Both the position numbers and the translations under genes were made by a program. A stretch of 64,000 nt of DNA, taken from the IMG/VR virus record IMGVR_UViG_3300025638_000003, positions 1 to 64,000 of that record; one strand, given 5' to 3'. Positions 56,481 to 64,000 of this stretch are shown here, piece after piece (position 1 is the stretch's first letter; each line of letters opens with the position of its first letter). Under the pieces are notes generated by a model. That model did not search any database and had not been told where the DNA came from. It saw only the letters and a list, made by a program, of their open reading frames with translations. Source of the stretch: a virus (Duplodnaviria > Caudoviricetes).

Positions 56481-56981
56481 ATGGTTTTAGGATTTGATGC
56501 ATCAACAACGTGTGCAGGATGGGCAATATATGATGGAAAAGATATTGTTGATGCAGGATTTATCGATATATCTAAAATAAACTCAAATAAAGAAAAATCA
56601 TTACATATTATTTCTATTATAGATCAATCTTCTTATATTTCTGAAGTTAAACAAATAAATTTAGAGGCAGCGCTATTAGGATTTAAATTTGGAAGAACAA
56701 ATCAACAAACAATTATTAAATTAATACGTTTTAATGCAGTCTTTGAATACATTATATCAGAACACTGGAAAATTCCTGTGAATTTAATTGGGGCTTCAAC
56801 GGCTCGCAAAAAGGTTTTTGGAAAGGCCCGAATTACGGGAATGAATGGAAAAGAATTTGTTCGTAAACAAATTGATGAATTGTTTCCACAATTACATAAA
56901 TTTGATAAAATAAATAGTCGGGGAAATCCCGACAGTAAAAATGGAGATATGTATGATGCCATGATTACGTCAATGGCGTGA
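56481..56981 (+). CDS. RuvC-like Holliday junction resolvase
   Basis: VLGFDASTTCAGW, LE, ARKK, DMYDA. Confidence 0.8.
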   Translation: MVLGFDASTTCAGWAIYDGKDIVDAGFIDISKINSNKEKSLHIISIIDQSSYISEVKQINLEAALLGFKFGRTNQQTIIKLIRFNAVFEYIISEHWKIPVNLIGASTARKKVFGKARITGMNGKEFVRKQIDELFPQLHKFDKINSRGNPDSKNGDMYDAMITSMA

Positions 56982-56992
56982 TATTTATTAGT

Positions 56993-57205
56993 ATGAAAAA
57001 GATTACAATAACGTGCGATAGGTGTGGAAAAATTGTAAATGTTACAATTGGTATTTGTTCTGGCACTGGTGCAGTTATTACAGAAGGTTATTATATAGTT
57101 GATGAAGGTAATTGGCAAGAATTCCAAAGAGATGATGAAGAACAGATATGTAATGATTGCATGCATTCTGACCCAAAGTACCAAAGTCTATTTAAAATTC
57201 CATGA
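56993..57205 (+). CDS. Small zinc-ribbon protein
   Basis: CDRC...CNDC. Confidence 0.6.
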   Translation: MKKITITCDRCGKIVNVTIGICSGTGAVITEGYYIVDEGNWQEFQRDDEEQICNDCMHSDPKYQSLFKIP

Positions 57206-57522
57206 AATCGGGCTATCTTTATATTATTACAAATCCCGCTCATGAGGGATGGGTGAAGGTTGGCGTTACGTCGGATATTAAATCTCGCCTTCGTACCTAT
57301 CAGACTTCAGATCCTTCTAGGAGATATAAAGTAGAATATTATATACATCATCCTGATGTTTATGCCGCAGAAAAACAAGTAAAAGAATTAATGGAACCAT
57401 TTGCATTACAAATAAAAAATGAATGGTATGAAATTCCTATTCACATGGCTATTCCTCGGCTAGATGAGACGTTAGAAAATGTTGATAATTCTTTCTTGAA
57501 AGAAGAAATTAAAATAAGTTGA
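57202..57522 (+). CDS. T5orf172/GIY-YIG family protein
   Basis: GYLYII..VKVGVT...RL..YQT..P...E...EW. Confidence 0.8.
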   Translation: MKSGYLYIITNPAHEGWVKVGVTSDIKSRLRTYQTSDPSRRYKVEYYIHHPDVYAAEKQVKELMEPFALQIKNEWYEIPIHMAIPRLDETLENVDNSFLKEEIKIS

Positions 57523-57553
57523 AAATTTCTTCAATTTCTGGTAAATTGTTCAA

Positions 57554-58513
57554 ATGTTAATTCAATATGAACTTGTATCTATCTTCAACGATTTGTTGGG
57601 GCAGCAGGCTCGCCTGCGAAAAGGTGGAGAACAAGCTACATATCATTGTCCATTTTGTCCAGATAAAAATCCAACTACTAAAAAATTAGAAATTGCTATT
57701 TCTGGACCAAAAGTTGGATATTTCCATTGTTGGAGATGTAATACTAAGGGGCGAACGTTTGGAAGTTTATTAAAAAAGTTAAATGCTTCAAGTCATTACC
57801 GGGAAGCCATTTTTAAATTAACGGGGGATTTACGGCTTTTACGGAAAAAAACAATAATAAAAGATGATTCACAGGTTCAGTTACCTCCTGAATTTCATCC
57901 TTTATATTTGCCAAGAAAATCTCCCGAATATAAAAATGCCTTGGCATATTTAATAAGAAGAAGATTGACAGCTAGCGATATTTACAGGTATAATATAGGA
58001 TATTGTGAAGATGGGGAATATGAAAGATATATTATAATTCCTTCATATGACGCCAAGGGAAAATTAAATTTTTTCATTGGTCGTAAGTATTACAATAATT
58101 CCTTGATTGCATATAAAAAGCCAAATATACCGATGGGAAAAGTGGTGGGATTTGAATCACTTATTAATTGGAATGAACCTATAAATTTGGTAGAAGGAGT
58201 TTTTGATGCATTTGCTGTAAGAAATAATGCCATACCATTATTTGGAAAATATTTGACCAAGGGAATTCGTAGTGCATTAGTTCAAAATAAAGTAAAACGA
58301 ATAAATTTGATTTTGGATTCAGATGCAAAAGAAGATGTTATTAAAGACTATTTACGTATAAAAAGAGATATGACGCATGATGTTGAATTGTGTGTCATTA
58401 AATTACCGGGAAAAGATCCTTCGGAATTAGGATTTAAAGCAACGCACAAATACATACGGAATGCGAAACCCTTTACAGAATTAGATTTAGCTAGAGAAAT
58501 GTTACAAATATGA
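57554..58513 (+). CDS. DNA primase (Zn finger + TOPRIM)
   Basis: CPFC...HCWRC; LVEGVFDA; LDSDA; KDPS. Confidence 0.9.
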   Translation: MLIQYELVSIFNDLLGQQARLRKGGEQATYHCPFCPDKNPTTKKLEIAISGPKVGYFHCWRCNTKGRTFGSLLKKLNASSHYREAIFKLTGDLRLLRKKTIIKDDSQVQLPPEFHPLYLPRKSPEYKNALAYLIRRRLTASDIYRYNIGYCEDGEYERYIIIPSYDAKGKLNFFIGRKYYNNSLIAYKKPNIPMGKVVGFESLINWNEPINLVEGVFDAFAVRNNAIPLFGKYLTKGIRSALVQNKVKRINLILDSDAKEDVIKDYLRIKRDMTHDVELCVIKLPGKDPSELGFKATHKYIRNAKPFTELDLAREMLQI

Positions 58514-61500
58514 TAACAAAATTAAAAACTAATATCTCAAAGTTTACTCATGTATTTCATATTGCTGATATACAAGTCAGACTAAATTCACGCATTGAAG
58601 AATATAAAGAAGTATTTGAAATATTATATTCGGAAATAGAAAATTCTCCACCAAATACTGTAGTAGCCATAGTAGGAGATATTTTTCATTCAAAGTGTGA
58701 TCTATCCCCCGAGTGCGTAGATATGACTGTTGATTTATTTACACGAATATCAGAATTGCGACCTTTAGTTATTGTCTCGGGAAATCATGATGCCATGCTT
58801 TCCAATAAAAGTAGATTGGATAGTTTGACCCCAATTGTTAAAGCACTAAAAAATCCTAATATCTATTATTTGCGAAAAACGGGATTATATGGGATAGGAA
58901 ATATACTGTTTAATAACATGAGTATATTTGATTCTCCTGATAAATACATTAAGGGAAAAGATATACCCGAAGTTTATAGAAACCAATATGAGCATATTAT
59001 AGCTTTATTTCATGGTCCGGTAGATCAAGCAGTTTTAGATACTGGATATACAATAACTAATCCGGCAGTTATGCCTCCAATGTTTGATGACCATCATTTA
59101 GCTTTATTAGGAGATATACATAAACGACAAGACATACAAGAATATTCTTATGAAGAAAATAAACCATTTATTCATTATGTGGGTTCATTAATACAACAAA
59201 ATCATGGAGAATCATTAGAAGAACATGGATATTCGTTGTGGGATTTATCTACATATACATATACATTCAAAGAAATCCCCAATAATTATGGATATTTTAC
59301 TATTGATATAGTTAAAGGAAAGCTTAGTACGGATTTGGAAAAAATGCCCGCCAAAGTTCGATTGCGTGTTAATTGCCACGAAACTGTTGCTACAGAAGTT
59401 AAACAAGTTATATCTGATCTAAGGACGAAAGCGGATATTATAGATATTTCTTACGAGAGGATCGAACCGGATACAAACAAGTTAACAACGAATAATATTA
59501 GTAAACATATTGTTTTAACAAAATTGACCGATGTTAAACATCAAAACGAGTTAATTAAAAAATATATTACGGAAACTCTTAAAATTGAAGATGGAGATAA
59601 ACTAAAACACGTTTTAAAAATCAATAAAGAAATAAATAAATTGATTGATGGTGAAGGATTGCCAAAAAGTTACTTGTGGAAACCAATTCGGTTCGAGTTT
59701 GACAATATGTTTACCTATGGCGAAGGTAATGTTATTGATTTTACTAAAATGAATGGAGTATATGGAATTTTTGGACCAAATCGAATTGGAAAATCAAGTA
59801 TTTTGTCTGCTCTTACATTTTGCTTATTTGATAAATTTGACCGGGGATATAAGGGTTCTCATGTTCTCAATTCGCAAAAAACTTCGTTCCGATGTAAACT
59901 CGAATTTGAATTGTTGGGGACAAAATATTATATTGAACGTAAGGGTGAGGCAGGAAGGAATGGAAATGTAAAAGTATCGGTAAGGTTCTGGAAATTCGAA
60001 AATGGAGAAGAAATAGAATTGCACGGAGAGGACCGTAGAGATACAAATGAAATTATCCGTTTACATGTTGGAACTTATGAAGATTTTATTCTGACTGCCG
60101 CCTCAATTCAATCTGCCAAAAATTTAACTTCGTTCATTGATATGGGAAATAGTGAGCGGAAAGATTTGCTTGTTAAATTTATTGGTCTTAATGTATTTGA
60201 TAAATTACATGACAAGGGAAATGAAAAATATAGGGAAATTTCTGCAATTCTTAAATCGCATAATGATAGGGATTACGGAGAAGAATTAAAACAATGTAAT
60301 GAATCTTTAGAACAGATTAAAACACTATTTGAAGTTCGAGAAAAATTAGTTAATGAATTACAAGAAAAAATTTCAACCATAAATGAAAAAATAATTAAAG
60401 AAACTTCTAACTATATTAAACTAGAAGAAATATCATCTTCAAGTTTAGAAGAATTACAAGAAAGATTAGAAAAATCTAAGAATACACTAGAAAAAAAGAA
60501 AGATGAAGTTGATAAAAATAAAGAAAAAATAAATAAATTACAATCAGAAATTGAAAAGATTACCGAAAAAATTAATAAAGTAAATTCTAATTTGATGGAG
60601 AGTTATAAAAAATATAAATCGTTATCTAATCAAATACAGAAATTTAAAGGTGAAATGGATCTTAAAAAGGCGGAAATTAAAGTAAAATTAGAAAAAGTAG
60701 AAAAGCTTAAAACACATAGATATAATCGCCAATGTAAATTTTGTGTAGAAAATCCGTTTGTCCAAGATGCATATAAAGCCAGAGATGAATTGGAAGATGA
60801 TAAAGTTGAAGTAAATAAAATGATGCAGAAATGGGATGAATTACAATCGCAATTAAAAGAATATGAATGGGCCGAAACTGCGTACGAAGAACATGCTAAT
60901 TTATTATCATCCAAGAATAATTTAAAAGATACCCATTCTGAATTATCACAAAAGGATACTAAATTATCCAACGAATTGAAAAATATTGAATTGTTAATTA
61001 AAAAGAATGAAGAAGAAATTGAAATATATAAAAGAAATGAAGAATCTATTAAATCTAATGTAAAAGTTAAAAATAAAATAAACAAATTAAATTTGGAATT
61101 ATCTCAGATTAAAATTGATTTAAAGAATGCCAATGGAGCATTGTTGGAAGTATCGAATAAAAAGGGTCAATGTGAATCTGAAATTAAAAAATTGACCGGA
61201 TTATTAGAAGAAGTTAAAGGGTTGGAGCAAGATGTCGAATCATATAAATATTATTTATCGGCAGTAAGTCGTGATGGAATTCCTTATCAAGTAATTTGCT
61301 CAACAGTTCCGGAGATTGAAAAAGAGGTAAATTCTATTCTTAGTCAAGTAGTTGATTTTACTGTGCAATTCGAAACCGATGGGAAAAACATTGTCCCATA
61401 TATTACGTATGATTATGGAAGATGGCCGATTGAATTGTCATCTGGATTTGAAAGATTTGTAGCTTCAATAGTTATACGTGTAGCTTTAATGAATATTTCT

Positions 61501-61713
61501 AATTTATCAAAGCCCAATTTTATTTCTATTGATGAAGGATTTGGAACGTTAGATCCTGATAATTTGGCATCGATGGCTTCATTTCTTACATTTTTGAAAA
61601 ATAATTTTGATTTTGTGCTAATTATTTCACATTTATTTGAATTAAAAGATGCAGTGGATGCGATGATAGAAATAACCCGCAGCGGGAATTTTAGTCAGGT
61701 TAAATATGAGTAA
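58510..61713 (+). CDS. Fused SbcD(Mre11/gp47)-SbcC(Rad50/gp46) nuclease-ATPase
   Basis: HIADIQ, GD, GNHD, GDIH phosphoesterase motifs; GPNRIGKS Walker A; CKFC hook; SSGFE, IDEGFG. Confidence 0.9.
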   Translation: MITKLKTNISKFTHVFHIADIQVRLNSRIEEYKEVFEILYSEIENSPPNTVVAIVGDIFHSKCDLSPECVDMTVDLFTRISELRPLVIVSGNHDAMLSNKSRLDSLTPIVKALKNPNIYYLRKTGLYGIGNILFNNMSIFDSPDKYIKGKDIPEVYRNQYEHIIALFHGPVDQAVLDTGYTITNPAVMPPMFDDHHLALLGDIHKRQDIQEYSYEENKPFIHYVGSLIQQNHGESLEEHGYSLWDLSTYTYTFKEIPNNYGYFTIDIVKGKLSTDLEKMPAKVRLRVNCHETVATEVKQVISDLRTKADIIDISYERIEPDTNKLTTNNISKHIVLTKLTDVKHQNELIKKYITETLKIEDGDKLKHVLKINKEINKLIDGEGLPKSYLWKPIRFEFDNMFTYGEGNVIDFTKMNGVYGIFGPNRIGKSSILSALTFCLFDKFDRGYKGSHVLNSQKTSFRCKLEFELLGTKYYIERKGEAGRNGNVKVSVRFWKFENGEEIELHGEDRRDTNEIIRLHVGTYEDFILTAASIQSAKNLTSFIDMGNSERKDLLVKFIGLNVFDKLHDKGNEKYREISAILKSHNDRDYGEELKQCNESLEQIKTLFEVREKLVNELQEKISTINEKIIKETSNYIKLEEISSSSLEELQERLEKSKNTLEKKKDEVDKNKEKINKLQSEIEKITEKINKVNSNLMESYKKYKSLSNQIQKFKGEMDLKKAEIKVKLEKVEKLKTHRYNRQCKFCVENPFVQDAYKARDELEDDKVEVNKMMQKWDELQSQLKEYEWAETAYEEHANLLSSKNNLKDTHSELSQKDTKLSNELKNIELLIKKNEEEIEIYKRNEESIKSNVKVKNKINKLNLELSQIKIDLKNANGALLEVSNKKGQCESEIKKLTGLLEEVKGLEQDVESYKYYLSAVSRDGIPYQVICSTVPEIEKEVNSILSQVVDFTVQFETDGKNIVPYITYDYGRWPIELSSGFERFVASIVIRVALMNISNLSKPNFISIDEGFGTLDPDNLASMASFLTFLKNNFDFVLIISHLFELKDAVDAMIEITRSGNFSQVKYE

Positions 61714-62680
61714 CATTGAACTTAATAAAATTTATGTAGAAGATTGCCTTGATACAATGGCAAAAATGGAAGAAGATATGATTGATTTAGTTGTCACTTC
61801 TCCTCCATATGATAATTTGAGAAAATATAATGGGTATTCTTTTGATTTTGAATCGATTGCCTGCCAGTTATATCGAGTCATGAAGCCGGGCGGAGTGATA
61901 GTATGGGTGGTTGGAGATTCAATAGACAAAAATGGATCGGAAAGCCTTACTTCATTCAAACAAGCAATTTATTTTAAAGAATGTGGGTTCAATATTCATG
62001 ATACAATGTTATATAAAAAAGCCGGAATGAGGTTTCCCGAACGAAGAAGATATGCTCAGATTTTTGAGTATATGTTTGTTATTTCAAAGGGTTCACCTAA
62101 AACTGTAAATATAATTAAAGATCGTCCTAACCGCTGGGCGGGTCATACAAATTGGGGTAGAAATTCGACCCGAGATAATGAAGGGAACTTGATTAGAGAG
62201 AGAAAGAAGAAAGATGGAACGGTAGAAAAATTGAAAGATTGTAAACGATATAAAAAATGGGGTTCCAGAACAAATATATGGGAGTACGCCAATGGATATG
62301 GATTTGGGACAAAGGATACAAAAATAGCATATAAACACCCGGCGACATTCCCCGAACAATTGGTGGAAGATCATATTATTACTTGGACCGAAGAGGGGGA
62401 TATTGTCTATGACCCATTTATGGGAAGTGGAACTACAGCTAAAATGGCAATTTTAACTAATAGAAAATATATTGGAAGTGAAATTAGCCAAGAATATGTA
62501 GATGGCGCATTGCATAGAATATCTAATTTAGTTGCGGGTTCACGTCTTCCAATTATACAGGCAGAGGCCGAAAAAAGATTAAAAGAAGAAGAAGAACACC
62601 TTAAAATGGTTGAAGAGTCGGAGAAAAAATTTTCACTTCAGGGAAAAAAGTGGCAGCCTAAACAGCCCGAAAAGGTTTAA
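61706..62680 (+). CDS. DNA N4-cytosine/N6-adenine methyltransferase (beta class)
   Basis: VTSPPY, HPATFP, DPFMGSGTT. Confidence 0.9.
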   Translation: MSNIELNKIYVEDCLDTMAKMEEDMIDLVVTSPPYDNLRKYNGYSFDFESIACQLYRVMKPGGVIVWVVGDSIDKNGSESLTSFKQAIYFKECGFNIHDTMLYKKAGMRFPERRRYAQIFEYMFVISKGSPKTVNIIKDRPNRWAGHTNWGRNSTRDNEGNLIRERKKKDGTVEKLKDCKRYKKWGSRTNIWEYANGYGFGTKDTKIAYKHPATFPEQLVEDHIITWTEEGDIVYDPFMGSGTTAKMAILTNRKYIGSEISQEYVDGALHRISNLVAGSRLPIIQAEAEKRLKEEEEHLKMVEESEKKFSLQGKKWQPKQPEKV

Positions 62681-62719
62681 ACTTTAATATGTATATAGGG
62701 TATTTTATCCTATATACAT

Positions 62720-64000
62720 ATGGCAATACAATTACTTTCAAATTTAGGAAAACGAGGAGTTGATCATCAATTGTTCACCATGCAGGTGGATATTGATGAT
62801 ACTGCTTTTTTATCCAAATACTTTGATGTTGTAGAATTCGAACCTATATTTACTGCGGGAAAAAATTCGTTTTCATTTAATGGAAGCAGTCTATTAAAAG
62901 ATGGAGCCGAAATTAAAGTACAATGTATTGATTCTAATGGAAATATTTTATATTTAGATTATCCTAAAAGTAGTACACAATATACTGATGTAGCTAGATT
63001 CGTTGTAGCTATTCATATCTATAATGAAACATATAATGGTGCGGGAAAAATAGCATTGGTAGGAATTACAACAAAAAATGAAATTGTACGATGGATAGGA
63101 AATATTACAATTGATAAAACGTTACAAAATATATCTAAAACTCGATTTCAAACAAAGCCTATTATTGAAGCCCGGTCTTTATTATATAATGTAATTTCTA
63201 ATGACGTGGCTCAAACAGTAAATAAAGTTATAAATTTTAATGGTACGTGCTATTCTAATGCAATAATTCCACAAAAAGATACGATTCGTAAATCTATTAA
63301 TCCTAAGAAAAGCGGTGTTGACTATCGTTTAACTTTTATTCCAAATAATAGTGATGATGTTCTTCCACACTTATATCCTACTAAATCTTTTAATACGCAA
63401 ATGGAAGGGAAAACAATTGATATTGAAACTCAACTTATACAAACTCCATTTTCGTATAAAGAAATGCAATCTTATAATACTGAAACATTTAAGATTAAAA
63501 AGGTATTAAATAGTACTACGGTACAATTAGATCGAGCTTTTTTTATTACTGCGGGTAAGGATCAAGTAGTAACAAATATAAATATAGCAAATTTTAATGT
63601 GTCATATAAATGGGTGTCATATAATACTGCTTCATATGATTATAACAAATACACCGATCCGGGAGGTAATGTTACATACCAAAAAGAGTCATATGCTGAA
63701 GTTACGTATCGAAATCTCGGAACTTTTACAGGACTTGTATCTCGGCACAAAGTATATCGGAAGAGCATGTTATATCCTGGAGATTTTCAATTGTTTATTG
63801 ATGAACCGATAGGAGCAACTAATTTATTAGTGGACCCAATAACTCCAAATAAAAGTTATAATCTTATAGGGGAATTTTATAATCAATGGCATATTAATAA
63901 ATATTGGTGTACCAGTTCTAATAGTATTGAATTATTGCATTCGGTTTTTCCAAATATTAATTCAATGACAATTAAAAATGTCGAGGGAAATTTTAATACT
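62720..64000 (+). CDS. Large putative structural protein, truncated by window end
   Basis: ATG after hairpin; frame MAIQLLSNLGKRG...FTAGKNSFSFNGS appears to run off the end. Confidence 0.65.
   Translation, partial: MAIQLLSNLGKRGVDHQLFTMQVDIDDTAFLSKYFDVVEFEPIFTAGKNSFSFNGSSLLKDGAEIKVQCIDSNGNILYLDYPKSSTQYTDVARFVVAIHIYNETYNGAGKIALVGITTKNEIVRWIGNITIDKTLQNISKTRFQTKPIIEARSLLYNVISNDVAQTVNKVINFNGTCYSNAIIPQKDTIRKSINPKKSGVDYRLTFIPNNSDDVLPHLYPTKSFNTQMEGKTIDIETQLIQTPFSYKEMQSYNTETFKIKKVLNSTTVQLDRAFFITAGKDQVVTNINIANFNVSYKWVSYNTASYDYNKYTDPGGNVTYQKESYAEVTYRNLGTFTGLVSRHKVYRKSMLYPGDFQLFIDEPIGATNLLVDPITPNKSYNLIGEFYNQWHINKYWCTSSNSIELLHSVFPNINSMTIKNVEGNFNT

Noticed and set aside
63597-63812. 71-aa ORF near the window end
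   Set aside because: Out-of-frame overlap with the long ORF starting at 62720

Overview
A 64-kb fragment of a large, AT-rich, T4-distant myovirus-type (jumbo) bacteriophage using the standard genetic code; essentially all real genes are on the + strand. About 1-24.9 kb is an accessory/RNA region with 41 CCA-ending tRNA genes covering all 20 amino acids, several structurally unusual. Interspersed are tRNA-like RNAs, a compact RNase P RNA (rnpB-like), several unidentified structured ncRNAs, a leader-peptide attenuator in front of a tRNA cluster, and two copies of an IS200/IS605-derived non-autonomous element with a TnpB omegaRNA-like right end. Protein genes there include glycosyl- and methyltransferases, an ADP-ribosyltransferase-like gene and a macrodomain, homing-endonuclease-like genes, Hsp20 and host-like envelope proteins (outer-membrane beta-barrel, FN3 proteins). 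About 25-56 kb holds PhoH, tail fibres, a gp55-like late sigma factor, baseplate (gp5/gp25/gp6-like) and other virion genes. About 56-64 kb holds a RuvC-like resolvase, a primase, a fused SbcD-SbcC nuclease/ATPase, a DNA methyltransferase and a truncated structural gene. The most exciting candidate is a self-contained tRNA-replacement system: a codon-diverse leader-peptide attenuator that could sense host tRNA depletion, a near-complete tRNA set and a phage RNase P ribozyme. All calls were made by eye without database searches; RNA coordinates may be off by a few nt.
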